Positions 36,700-49,949 of a stretch of DNA of 64,000 nucleotides are shown here, piece by piece. Origin of the DNA: Squalus acanthias (taxonomy: Eukaryota). Both the position numbers and the translations under genes were made by a program. Location of the stretch: contig CM059432.1 of NCBI GenBank assembly GCA_030390025.1, positions 74,340,001-74,404,000 on the forward strand, in the 5' to 3' direction. The notes beneath the pieces were generated by a model. The model saw only the letters and a list, made by a program, of their open reading frames with translations. It was not told where the DNA came from and searched no databases. Position 1 is the stretch's first letter, and the number at the start of each line of letters is the position of its first letter.

Positions 36700-38950
36700 A
36701 GGGACATCCTAGTATTTTGAGCATCATGTCTACTAAGACTCTTCGATTTCTTCCAAATTTATCCGTAGCAATTTTTACATAATTCATGAGTATTTGTGTC
36801 ATCCATTTTTCTTTCCTATTTGCAGGGCCTTACACTTGTCCACATTAAATACCATCTACCAGTATTCTGCACACTTGCATATTTTGTCCAAATTTTGTAA
36901 TTTCTCAGCTACCTCCTCTGATTCCAGTGCCCATTCTAGTTCGACCATTTTTTATTGGGTTTCTGACTCTGTCATTGAAGATAATTAGAAATGATAATGG
37001 TCCCAACACCGATCCCTGGGGCACCCATCAGTATTTCTCTCCACCTGGAAATAAGTCCTCTAACAAGTATCTGTTGTTTTCTATCCTTCAGCCAGTTTCT
37101 TATCCATATCCAAGGTTTACCTTGAATCCCTACAGTTTTGAACTTAATTAACAGACTTTTGTGTGGAACTTTGTCAAATGCCTTTTGAAACTCTAGGTGC
37201 AATTCATTGTGGGGATTACCATAGTCCACTTGGGATTTCACTTCTCAAATAAGTCAAGGATGTTTGTTCGGCAGAATCTTTCTATTCTGAATCCATACTG
37301 ATTGCTGTCTATTAGGTTATTATTGTACAGATAATCCACAAGGTTACTCCTGATAGTCAATTCCATTATTTTACACGGGGTTGAATTAAAACTAATAGGT
37401 CTGTAGATGCCTGTGTCTGTTTTGCCCCCATTTTTGAATATGGGGACCACATTAGCTTGTTTCTCAATCTACTGGTGTTTCCCCAGTGTCCCGTGACTTC
37501 CTAATAATGACTGCCAATACCTCACAGATATCCTTGCTAGTCTTGCAGCACTCTGGGATAAATATCATCTATCCTTGGAGATTTATTGGTTTTGAACCTT
37601 TTACCTTGTCTTGGACTTCCATCTTGTTTATATTGGTCATTAGGTTTGCCTATGCTTTCCCTTTTTGAGGAGGGCACATTGCTGATGTCTTCCCTTGTGA
37701 ATACTTGCAGGAAATAATCATTCAGAATGTTACTGTCTTGTGCTTATCCTCTGTTTCTTTACTGGTTCTCGCCTCTTTAACTGCCCTCTTACTGTTGAAG
37801 TACTGAAATAATTTTTTGCTGGTATGTTTTGTGCCTGCAGCTATGCTTTTCTCCTCTGTTCATCCTTTGAACATATTTCTGCATGCTCATATTCTCATCC
37901 CAGTGAGCCCCAACTCTTTTCTCCCTACAGGATTTGTAAAGGTAATTTTCTTCCTTATTTCTCTTTTTATTGGGGCCACACTTATTTAGTCTGAGCTTTT
38001 CAGTCTAGGTGTGTACTTATACTGCATGCTCAAACTTATGCATTTAAAAATATTCCATTGTCCTCTACTGAAGTGTTGTTGAACAACCTCCCCAATCAAT
38101 TTATTTAAATTGTTCCTTCATTTCTTTGAATTTAGCCCTTTAAAAGTTTTATACCTGGCTTCTGGTCTTTGTTATTTTTAAATCCCAGATTATGTTGAAC
38201 TTAATTATTTTGTGGTCCCTGTCACCAAGAACTGCCACAACTTCCATTTTCTGTATGCTACAAATACCAGGTCAAGATGGGCACTATCCTTTGTGTTTTC
38301 CTGACACACTGGATCATAACTTTGACTCTAACCCACTTGGACTTTTCTAGTTTATAATTGGTTGATTCAAGTCATCTATTAACATAACTTTTCTGTTCTC
38401 ACATACCTTTCCTACATTTTCTTAGAGCAAACTGTCTTCCTTCTGCTGACCTGGTGGATTTTAGCATACCCCTTGTGTTTGCTAGGATTTTTTTGTATTG
38501 GGGACATCTAATCAGAGGTTTTCATTGTGCCGCTTTCTAGCTCCTGCTGGATCAACATCATTACTTCCCAGGTGTCCCTGACATTTAAGGGCACACCACC
38601 TTTATTCTTTCTTTCTATCTTTTCGGAACACTCTGAATGTTCGATTCAATATTATCCTCTGGATTTAGCCACATTTCTGATATGCCTACTATATCATAAT
38701 TCTCTACTGCCACAATAGCCTCCAGTAGCAGAATCATATTTCTGATGTTTCTAGCATTCGTGTATGTACATTTTAATGTAGATTTACTTCCTTTTATGCC
38801 CCCTAGTGCCGGCCTTTTCCTGCTCTCTGGTTCTTATATGTCTCTCTGAGTTACTTTGTCCATACCCTCCTGTTGCATACCTTGTAACTTATGACTCGTC
38901 TCATCTGGGATCTTGTTTCCTTCCCCATTGCAACACCTATTGAGTTTAAT
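36700..38950 (-). mobile_element. Ancient, heavily decayed CR1-like LINE
   Basis: EFQKAFDKVPH, YRPIS and QYGFR fragments; endonuclease-like remnants near 38200-38780. Confidence 0.75.
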
Positions 38951-41900
38951 TGATTCTTAGACAACATTAGTGTATTTATTTAAACTCGGGCTCGAAGGCA
39001 AAGGAAATGTCTTCAGAAGCAATGACAGAGATCAGTTTTAAATTCACAGGGCATTAGGCCTGTTATATTTCTGTATGAACAAGGCCTAATACAGAAATAT
39101 TTTTGGATATGATTCAGATTAAAGCCTCACACCCATTAAAAGACAAACGTGTCAATTAGAGCAACTGGTGAAGCAGGACTCCTAACAGACATAGAGGCCA
39201 ATATTGCGAGCCGAGTGCGGTGCTACTGGCATGGGTGCTGTGCAGGTACTATATGCGCCTGCATATAAATGAGCTGATCTTACCAGACAGAGTAAGGTCC
39301 GGCCAGTTGCATAATTTACTGGTGCTCTGGTCAAGTGTCCGATGAATCAGTGGGTGTGCCAGCTGCATTGTCGGGCACCAGCAGTCAGTGAAGGGCTGCT
39401 GACTGCCCATTGTGTTTCAGGAGCATGGGTGCTAAAGGTGGGCAAAAGATAAGGGTAGCGGTTTAAAAAAATCTTTAAGGCAGCTTCCCATTCAGTGCTG
39501 GTTCCATTCTGGGACAAGTGTCGCAATTAAATAGAACTCGAGGTTTAATGAGCCTAGTGCACAACTGGCTCCCAGCCCCGCTGCATTCTTAGCATTCGGC
39601 CACTTTGAGGGTGTTGTAGACCTCAGGCTTCCATGCTTGATTTTCTATGAAGCAGGTGCCCCCCCATTGCACTATGAAACCTATACGTTTAAGCTGAAAC
39701 TGAGAAATTTGATATTAATTGGCTGTAATATCCTTTCATTTATATCATAAGAAGGCAAGTAACAAGAAAAGGAAATGATACCCATCAAGCTAACCTACCT
39801 GCTAAACATTTCCAAAATGTTATGTTTTTATTTTTAGACTTAGGTCTGCCGCCTGAACACTGACACATTAATTTACTTTAGTAGTTTAGATCAGCATCAA
39901 CATACAATGTAACAGCACACAGTATTGGATTGAGTGTCTATGTTGCAATCTGTGCCGGTTACCAAAGGCAAATCTTAGTCAACAGGCAATGCTTTCATTG
40001 TATCAGTTCCTTTCATTCATCACCTGTAAAGGTTTACCTTTGGATGAACATTGTATTTGTTACTGAAATATTCAGTTTCAGACAGCAGAGTACCAGTTCA
40101 AGGTAGTGGTCTATTGTGCTGTGGTCAGTGATCCCGGGCAGTCTTTGCGTTGGTCTTCAATTGAAAGAAGGAATGCAATGATAAGACTTTTTACATTCCA
40201 GGTTGCATGTGGCCCAAGGTTTTTACTAATGTAATACATTTAATATATGCACATTGCCTTGACAGTTTTGGTTTTCTAATCTGATGTCTTTCTTTTGGAA
40301 AGAAACTAAAACATTTTATAGTTACAAGAGAAAAACAGTTACTACATATTAAATGCATAGTATTGACTTTCAATTTAGGTGTAAATATGCAGAAGAAAAG
40401 CATTTGTATGCCAGGGAGGAGAGAGGGTGTGTAAAGCTAAATAGCATTCTGTCAGTAAATATCTTGTATTGTATGAAATTGATAAAATTCAGTGTTTGCT
40501 CATTTAGGCAAAAATAACATTTTAAAAGGTCAGTTCAAATGACCAGCTCACAGTGTATGATAAACCTTTTAAACAGCCTTGTAGGGCAGGTATTGGTTAA
40601 CCTGTGCTAGACATTCAATCCCAAGTATCATCTGCTACTGCTAATGTAACAAAATAGATTGATGTCATTGCATGTTTGAGCTCTCTTTAAACAGAAAATA
40701 AAGGGACTGATTTTCCTGACCTTAACCCCCAGGGAATGCCCATTTCCCAGGCACAAAAGTCAGGAAAAAAGGGATGCGTTTGGCTGGGTCTCCATCCAGG
40801 TGCCTGCCCAGAATATATAAAATAATTGGATTCTGGGATCTCCAACAGGATCAGAGTCTTCCCTAAGTGGGAGGATGGAAGTTCTGCTCTACCCACCTCC
40901 CCCCATCTGCTCCCCAAGGTCCCCCTAGGAATTTCAGTGCTGTGGTATTTAATAGTGCTGGTGTAAGGGAGCTGAAGCTTACCTGCACTAGGGTTGGTCC
41001 TAGATTTTGGTAGCACTGTGGTAGAGCTTTTGGGGTTTGGCAGCATGGGAGAAGTTCCTTTGGTCTGGCATCAATGTGGAGGGAGAACCTAGGGTTTGGT
41101 AGAACGTACAGTGGAATGTGGAGTTTGGGTCAATCATGGACTCCTAGTGGATTACTGGTGCCTGTCAGTGGTGAGGGGGGTGGGGGTTGGGGGGGTGGGG
41201 GGCATAGGCCTGACAGCACTGGTTTGTAATGCTGCAAGAGATCTCTGCAAACATTACATTTGCTGTTTTGTGATTGGTTCCTGGAAGGATATGTCTCTCT
41301 CTCTCCTCACACACTTTCTTTCTCTGTCTCACACATGTCAGTAATTAGAATATTTACATTTTCTAACTAGGAAAAAACCACAGGTTATAATCAGGTAATA
41401 ATTCGAGCCTTTTTGCTTTCAAAATTCAACTCAGTGTAGTGGAGGAGCCCTTGAAAGCTAAGGTAAGTCAATTTAGTATACACTCTATAATATTAATTGT
41501 AGTTGGTTATCATTGATTGAGAAATAACTATCTTAAAAAAGGTAAATAAAAAAAGATGTAATTAAGTAGTAATTGGAGAAAATAATTAATTAATGATTTG
41601 AAATCAAGCTAAATCCATTTACTATTTGTAATCTAGACCTCTAGTGATTCTATTAGTTCTAGAAATAAAGTGTTGTGAACTAATAAATAAATAAACAAAT
41701 AAAGACAAGAAATATAGGCAGTGTGTTGGGACTGTAGTATGTGGAAGTTTGTGGACAGCGAGACTGTCCCAGATTGTCACAGCTACAGGAAATGTCTCTA
41801 CCTTAAGTCACTCCAGCTCAGAGTCATTGAGCTGGAGTGCGAGTCAGACACACTCTGACACATAAGGGAGGGGGAATTTCTGGATAGTTTACTCCAGAAT

Positions 41901-42853
41901 ACAGTCACACCTCAGAGGAAAGCACAGGTACAAGAAGGGGAGAGTGTGACTATCATTCAGCAGTGTAGGGAGAACCAAAGAGAGGTAGAAAAGGAGGTCC
42001 TGCAGACACTGGTCCTGTACAACAGGTATGATGTACTTGATACCTATGAGGATAAGGAGAAAGACTGTGGGGATGACAGCTATTAGGAGCTAAATTAAAA
42101 GGCAGGACCTAGAGTGTAATAATCTTGAGCCACGTGCAAATTGGCATGGGACAAATAGATTAGGAAAGTTAACATGTGGCTAAAGGATTGGTGTGGGAAA
42201 TAAGGGTTGCACTTTATGGGACACTGGCACCAGTACTGGGACAGGAAGGAGCTGTACCGCTGGGATGGGTTTCACCTGAACTGGGCTGGGACCAAGGTCC
42301 TAGCTGAAAGGATAAATAGGTCTGTAGAAAGGGTTTTAAACCAATAAGAGGGCTCAGACAGAAATAAAAATAGCCTAAAGACTAAAAGAAGGGATGAGAC
42401 CAATGTCCAGGTTATCAATAGAGTTAAAGGTAATGTAAATACTTCAGAAAAAAATATAGGAAATAATTTTTAAAAACTGATCCAAATGCAACAGAAGTGA
42501 TAAAGAAACAAGGAATGTGATAAGTTAAAATGTACATTAAAAACATCAGGGCATAGGGGTAGGACATGGTCTATTGCCAAATTAAAAGTTCTATACAGTA
42601 ATGCATGTAGCATAGGAATTAAAACAAGTGAATTAGAAGTGCAAATTCAGCTAAAAGGGTATGATGTAGTGGCCATCACTGAAACCTGGCTTTAAGCTGG
42701 GCATGACTGGGAGATAAATATTCCTGGTTATAAGGTCTTTAGAAAGGAGAGAGGAATTTGAAAATGTGGAGGAGTAGCAATGTTGATAAGGGACACTATT
42801 ACAGTATTAGAAAGAGGGGATATCAGTAAAGGTGAGGAGGCAGTGAACACTAC

Positions 42854-43246
42854 GGGCTGAATTTTCATTGACCCGTGGAGGCGGGTTTGGAGGCGTGTGG
42901 GGGGGTTAAAATTGCGAAAACTGGCGGGCGGGCACAAGTCTGCCTCCACGCAATTTTCATTAAATTGTGTCTGCTGGTCCCGACTCCGTCCCGCCTTTAA
43001 GAGGCGGGATAGGCTGTTAAGGCCCTTAAGAAGCACTAAATTGGCTCTATAATGCCATTTTGAAAGGCCTTTGTGATTTTAACCCTTGTTCTACGTGAAG
43101 CATGCCTGTTCTGAACCACGAATGTGAAACCTGGCGGTAACACATTTCGAAAGCTGATTATCAGCTGCAGGTCCACTATTACAATGGAGAAGTAGTAGTA
43201 GGAAAAATATCTGGGAGCAGACCTAGGGCGGCGGCGGCGGCGGCTG

Positions 43247-43278
<32 letters not shown>

Positions 43279-43546
43279 ATCTGGGAGCAGACTTTTGCAT
43301 CCAGGTCCTCTCACAGCAAAGGCCAGGCAGTCTTTCAAGACCTTGAATGCAGCAGCAATGATGACATCATCAGAGGCGACTTTCAGACTGAAACCACTAA
43401 TTGGTTCATGGGTTCCCACATGCTGGAACTCAATTGCCCAATTAGGTGAAAATTGCATCAATCTCCCACATCCATTTGCAGTCGGGTGGATAACACGAAA
43501 AGTGGATAACACGACCCCAACCCGCCCCAGTATCAAAATCCAGCCC
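42854..43546. mobile_element. Harbinger-type MITE inside CR1 ORF2
   Basis: TIRs GGGCTGAATTTT / AAAATCCAGCCC; TSD TAC/TAT; internal (GGC)n and (CT)n runs. Confidence 0.88.
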
Positions 43547-45687
43547 TATGAATACAATTGAGGAATAGAAAAGGATGCAAGACTTTGGTAGGAGTTGTTT
43601 ATCGACCTCCAGTTAGCCATGATAAAGTAGCGGGATACATAAATGTGGAGATCAGAGAAGCTTGCTGCAAAAGTGAGTAGATATAATGGAAGACTTTAAT
43701 TTTCACATAGGCTGGGAGAAGCAGAACAGTTTTCTGGAACAATATGTTCTTGAACCAACAAGTCAATAATCTAATGGTAAGGAAACACCTAGCTAATATT
43801 GACCTTAATATGATAGAATTCGATATTAGGTTTGAGAGGGAGATGGGTGAATCACAAACCAAGGTTTTAAATTTAGGTAAGCCTGACTTTGGAGGGATGA
43901 GGTAGAAATTGACCACAGTAGATTGGGGCAGAACTACTAATGGATAAAACTACGGATGAACAGTGGGTGGTGTTCAAAGGAGTATGTGGTAGAATACAAG
44001 ACCTGTATATACCCCAAAAGGGCAAGAGCTCTACTTGTGTAATTAAACAACCTCGGTCAACAAGGGAAGTGAGAGATAGTATACAACTAAAAGGAAGAGC
44101 TTATACAAAGGCAAAGAACAGTAGAGATCCTGCGGACTGGGAGAGATATAAAAGACAGCAATGGGATACAAGGAAACTGGTAAGAGCTGCAAAAGGGAAT
44201 ACGAGAAAAAGCCTGCGAGGTATATCAAGGACAACGCTAAAGGTTTTTTATAAATATATTAAGAGAAAGAGGGTGGCTAAGAGTGATGTGGGCCCCTTAA
44301 TGACAGACGCAGGTGATATTATAATTGGAAATCAGAAAATGGCAGACTTACTAAATAGTTACTTTGTTTTGGTCTTCATAGTAGAGGATGAGGATAAAAC
44401 AGCAGAGATACAAGGAACAATAAAAATAAATCAAGGGGACAAACTAACTAGATACAATATAAGTAAAAAAAGTGGTGATGGAGAAAATAATGAGACTGAA
44501 GATTGACAAATCTCCAGGACCCGATGGTTTCCACCCCAGGGTATTCAAAGAAGCAGGTGAGGAAATTGTTGATGCTTTAGTCATGATCTTCCGAAACTCT
44601 CTCGATTTATGAATTGTCCCCTTGGATTGGAAAATTGCCAGTGTCACTCCACTATTTAAGAAGGGTAAGAGAGATAAACTAGGAATTTATAGGCCTATTA
44701 GTCTAACGTCAGTTGCGGGGCAATTACTCAAATCTGTTATTAGGGTTAACTCAGAGCGACTGAGCATTTGGACAAATATGAGCTGATCAGAGAGAGCCAG
44801 CATGGATTTGTAAAGGGTAAGTTATGCTTAATAAACCTAGTTGAATTATTTGAGGAGGTAACTAACATGGGAGATAAAGGAGTGTCTATGGATATTATTT
44901 ATATGGACTTTCAGATGACATTTGACAAGATTCCACATAAGAGATTGTTAACAAAAATGAGAGCGCATGGAATAGGAGGCAACCTATTGGCTTGGGTAGA
45001 GAATTGGTTAGGAAATAGGAGACAGAGTGTAAAGATAATAGATATGTACTCAAATTGGCAGGATGTGACTAGTGGTGTCTCCCAAGGATCTGCACTGGGG
45101 CCATAGCTTTTTACTGTATTTATAAATGACTTGGATAAAGGAACAGAGAGCCATATATCTAAGTTTGCTGTCAACACTTAGTTAGGGGGCACAGTAAATA
45201 CTGTAGATGGGATCAGAAAGTTGCAAAGGGACATTGATAGATTAAGTGAGTGAGCTTAACTCTGGCAGATGGATTTCAATGTGAGAAAGTGTGAGGTCAT
45301 CCACTTTAGACCCAAGAAAGACAGACTAGAGTATTTTCTAAATGGCGAGAAGCTGAGAATTCTGGATGAGCAGAGAAATTTAGGGGTCTAAGTACAGAAA
45401 TCAGTAAAAGCTGGTGAACAGGTACAAAAAATAATGAAAAAGGCTAATGGAATGTTGGCCATTATCTCAAGAGGGCTGGAATACAAAGAGGTGGAAGTTA
45501 TGTTACAGCTGTACAGAGCTCTGGTTAGACCCCATCTGGAGTACGGAGTTCAGTTCTGGGCACCGCACCTCAGGAAGGATATATTGGCCTTGGACGGGGT
45601 GTGGTGCAGATTCACCAGAATGATACCGGGGCTAAAGGGGTTAAATTATGAGGACAGGTTGCATAGACTAGGCTTGTATTCCCTGAT

Positions 45688-46234
45688 CCTACGTAAACTT
45701 GAGGTCATCCAAAACTCCTACATAAACTTGAAGTCATCCAAAACTCGGCTGCCCATGTCCTAATTCACACCAAGTCCCGTTCACCCATCACCCCTGTGCT
45801 TGCTGACCTCCATTGGCTCCCGGTTAAGCAACGCCTCGATTTCAAAATTCCCATCCTTGTTTTCAAATCCCTCCATGGCCTCGCCCCTCCCTATCTTCGT
45901 AATCTCCTTCAGCCCCACAACCCCCTGAGATATCTGTGCTCCTCTAATTCTGCCCTCTTGAGCATCCCTGATTATAATCGCTCAACCATTGGTGGCCGTG
46001 CCTTCTGTTGCCTCGGCCCTAAGCTCTGGAATTCCCTGCCTAAACCTCTCCACCTCTCTTTCCTCCTTTAAGATACTCCTTAAAACCTACCTCTTTGACC
46101 AAACCTGCCCTAATATCTCCTTATGTGGCTCGGTGTCAAATCTTGTTTGATAATGCTCCTGTGAAGCGCCTTGGGACGTTTTACTGCGTTAAAGGTACGA
46201 TATAAATACAAGTTGTTGTTGTTGTTGTTGTTGA
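45688..46234 (+). mobile_element. L2-type LINE 3' fragment inserted in CR1
   Basis: LADLHWLPVKQRLDFK and GPKLWNSLP; (TTG)n tail; TGAT at both junctions; short tandem duplication at the 5' junction. Confidence 0.88.
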
Positions 46235-47399
46235 TTATAGAAGAATAAAGAGCAATATAATTGAAGTGTTTAAGATGATTAAAGGATTTGATAGGGTAGG
46301 TAGAGAGAAACCATTTCCTCTGGTGGTAGAGACCAGCACAAGGGGGCATAACCTTAAAGTTAGAGCGAGGTCGTTCAGGGATGATGTCAGAAAACACTGC
46401 TTCACACAAAAGGTAGTGTAAATCTGGAACTCTTTCCCCAAAAAGCTGTCGAGGCTAAGTCAATTGAAAATTTCAAAACTGAGTTTGATAGATTTTTTTT
46501 AGGTAAGGATATTAAGGGTTATGGAACCAAGGCGGATTGAGATACGGATCAGCCATTGAATGGTGGAACAGGTTCGAGGGGCTGAATGGCCTACTTTTTG
46601 AAAAAAAGAACTCAAATTAGGATGAGAATAAACATTCTCTCACCTTAATATGCTTTCTGAAGTTTATACTTATAATTTAAACATCAAGTAAAGCTATAAA
46701 ACATGTTTAATTAATATAGTCCATCATGCTTTTCCTCTCTCTCTTGTACACACACACCTGTTTCAAAAACACCAATTTAAAATTTTACTTGAATATAGCT
46801 TTGGAAATTTGTCCTCTAGCTTTCTTTGCAAATTATTTCTGTCATTTGACTAGCTAAATGCCACTGGATATATCCTGGGAAATTATGTAGACTTCACATG
46901 CTCAGACTGTAGGCCACCACTTTGGACAAAAGTATCAAGTGCAAGCTCAGGCTTTTGGGAGAGGATGAAGCCTTCAAAACTTAACAATGGAATGAAAAGA
47001 TAATTCAATAGATAAATTTAATCAAGTTAGTCTGAAATATGTCATTTTTAAATTTTGTTTAAAATCATATTTCAAAGGTTAAAAATTTTGGTTGCTGAGA
47101 GAATAGTGGATGATTTAAAAAAAAAATCATTTTCAGTAACTTGATTATTTCATCAATAAACCATCAGGGTGAAATGTTTACATATGGTTTTCCCATGAAA
47201 AAATGTTTACATACTGAATTCCATTATAAATGTTTACAGACAAAGTTTCCATGATAAATGTTGACATAAGAAGGATTACAGGAACTAATGTCTGTGGACA
47301 TGAAGTGCACCTCATATGCAGGATTTTTAATAATATACTAGGCGATCTCCTGTGACATTAAACAAAGGGAGTCAGTACAATCATCCACAATAAAGGCAT

Positions 47400-47565
47400 G
47401 GCTCTCCTCTTGCCTTTCCTCCTTAAAGAGCCTCCTTAAAACCCATCTCTGACGAAGCTTTAGGTTGCCCCTCCTAATCTCTTTCTTTGGCTCCGCATCC
47501 ATTTTTTACTTATGCCACAGGACGTTTGTCTACATTAAAGGTGCTATATAAATGCAAGTTGTTGT
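47400..47565 (+). mobile_element. L2-type 3' tail fragment
   Basis: Similar to 46060-46215 (ctccttaaaacc..., gctatataaatgcaagttgttg). Confidence 0.65.
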
Positions 47566-47843
47566 CATTTATTTGTCCACATTTCGATATTTCACATTAA
47601 ATTATATATTTCTTTTTGAGGCTGAAAATGCAGCCCAGGTGCAAAGGCGCCACAACTGCTGCTCCTTGGGTGCTGCCTGTAACATATATTGCTGAGCTTG
47701 TCCTATAAAGGTCCTAAATGGCTATTGGTTATACTTAAAGGGGAACCTGTTCCAAATTGGAAAAATGGCAGAAGCAATGCACAAAGGCAAAACAGTACCT
47801 TTCCAAGACTTTTTAAAACTGAAGCATCCTTCATTTAAGAGTA

Positions 47844-48313
47844 AAAGAAAGAAAGACTTACATTTATATAGCACCTTTCACGACCACCGGACGTCTCAAA
47901 GCGCTTTACAGCCAATGAAGTACTTCTTGGAGTATAGTCACTGTTGTAATGTGGGAAACGCAGCAGCCAATTTGCACACAGCAAGCTCCCACAAACAGCA
48001 ATGTGATAATGACCAGACAAACTGTTTTTGTGCTGTTGATTGAGAGATAAATATTGGCCAGGACACCGGGGATAACTCCCCTGCTCTTCTTCAAAATAGT
48101 GCCATAGGATCATTTACATCCACCTGGGAGAGCAGACGGGGCCTCGGTTTAACGTCTCATCCAAAAGACGGCACCTCCAGCAGTGCAGCACTCCCTCAGC
48201 ACTGCACTGGAGTGTCAGCCTAGCTTTATGTGCTCAAGCCCCTGGAGTGGGACTTGAACCCACAACTTTCTAACTCAGAGGCAAGTGTGCTACCCACTGA
48301 GTCACAGCTGACA
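47844..48313 (-). mobile_element. Full-length tRNA-derived DeuSINE (SacSINE1-like)
   Basis: Minus strand shows A box TGACTCAGTGG, B box GGTTCAAGTCC, Deu-domain-like GAGGTGCCGTCTTTTGGATGAGACG..CCCCGGTGTCCTGGCCAA, and an L2-like tail ending (CTTT)n. Confidence 0.88.
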
Positions 48314-48692
48314 CGCACTGTCAGAGCATGCTGGATGGAGGTGAGAGATAATTAATGCTTTCTTACCTGGGCTACACAAGGTTGCTAAAGTAAATGGCTC
48401 AAGCTTTTTGTAATTTAACAATATTATCTGACAAGGCATCTTAATGACACTTCAGTGTAAGCAGCTGTTCATCTACTGACTTGCCATGTTCGACCAGTGC
48501 ACAGCATTGGTGGCAACACAATGTGTTTGCCTTGTGGTCCATAAAATGTGACAAGTAACAAACACCGAGCATGCAGCTCACTCAAGGTACCTGCATGCTG
48601 CATGTTCACCTGCTGGTCTGAGCAGCCACCTTATGTCAGTGTGTGAACATTCAGCCTGCAGACACGCATCTTCTCTCATATTCTTTTTTTCC

Positions 48693-49645
48693 CAACCATC
48701 ATCAGCTGCTTCATCAATGATCTGCCCGCCATAGTTAGGTCAGAAGTGGGGATGTTCGCTGATGATTGCACAGTGTTCAGTCCCATTCGCAACTCCTCAG
48801 ATAATGAAGCAGTCCATGCCCGCATGCAACAAGACCTGGATGATATTCAGGCTTGGGCTGATAAGTGGCAAGTAACATTCGCACACACAAGTACCAGGCA
48901 ATGACCATCTCCAACAAGAGAGAGTCTAACCACCGCCCCTTGACATTCATCGTCAAATCCCCCACCATCAACATCCTGGAGGTCACCATTGACCAGAAAC
49001 TTAACTGGACCAGCCACATAAATATTGTGGCTACAAGAGCAGGTCAGAGGCTGGGTATTCTGCAGTGAGTGACTCACCTCCTGATTCCCCAAAGCCTTTC
49101 CACCATATACAAGGCACAAGTCAGGAGTGTGTTGGAATACTCTACACTTGCCTGGATGAGTGCAGCTCCAACAACACTCAAGAAGCTCAACACCATCCAG
49201 GACAAAGCAGCCCGTTTAATTGGCACCCCATCCAGCACCTTAAACATTCACTCCCTCCACTACCGGCGTACCATGGCTGCAGTGTGTACCATCTACAAGA
49301 TGCACAGCAGCAACTTGCCAAGACTTCTTCGACAGCACCTCCCAAACCCGCGACCTCTACCACCTAGAAGGACAAGGGCAGTAGGCACACGGGAACGCCA
49401 TCACCTCCAAGTTCCCCTCCAAGTCACACACCATCCTGACTTAGAAGTATATCGCCGATCCTTCATCGTCGATGGGTCAAAATCCTGGAACTCCCTCCCT
49501 AACAGCACCGTGGGAGTACCTTCATCACACGACTGCAGCGGATCAAGAAGGCGGCTCACCAGCACCTTCTCAAGGGCAACTAGGGATAGGCAATAAATGC
49601 TGGCCTTGCCAGAGACACTCACATCCCATGTATGAATAAAAAAAA
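48693..49645 (+). mobile_element. Second CR1-group LINE family, 3' fragment
   Basis: Colinear with 33741-34700; FADD retained; stops and frameshifts. Confidence 0.9.
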
Positions 49646-49949
49646 TGTCCTTTTTCTTGCTGCTTACAGGGGGAGGTTGCAAACAACCAGCAACAACGAA
49701 AGCAGACAGGAGTAGGGTCACCTAAGCTGTGGCTCTTGACCCACTTTTGAAGAGATGCTCCTGGGAATTCTGGACATGGAGGAAATGGAGGGAGTGAGGA
49801 GAGGGAGATCGGGGGTCTCCCCTAGCTCATATCATTCTTTGCTTTAAATTCTTTATCTCTTTATTCGCTCCCTCACACAAAGTCATACATAGCACCAGTG
49901 AAAGAAAGAACTTACATTTATATAGTGCCTTTCATAATATAATGTGATC

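Larger units (their letters stand above)
41715..46597 (+). mobile_element. Near full-length degenerate CR1 (ORF1 plus ORF2) with nested MITE and L2 insertions
   Basis: ORF1 end DGFHLNWAGTKVLAERIN..VLN at 42263-42341; endonuclease ITETW near 42675; RT motifs at 44500-45680; resumes at 46235. Confidence 0.92.

Noticed and set aside
39195..41170. Possible old MITEs (GC-richer patches at about 39195-39680 and 40702-41170)
   Set aside because: Only one TIR-like end is visible in each, with no matching partner or TSD.
48240..48313. tRNA gene
   Set aside because: The A and B boxes belong to the SINE head, which continues into the Deu domain.
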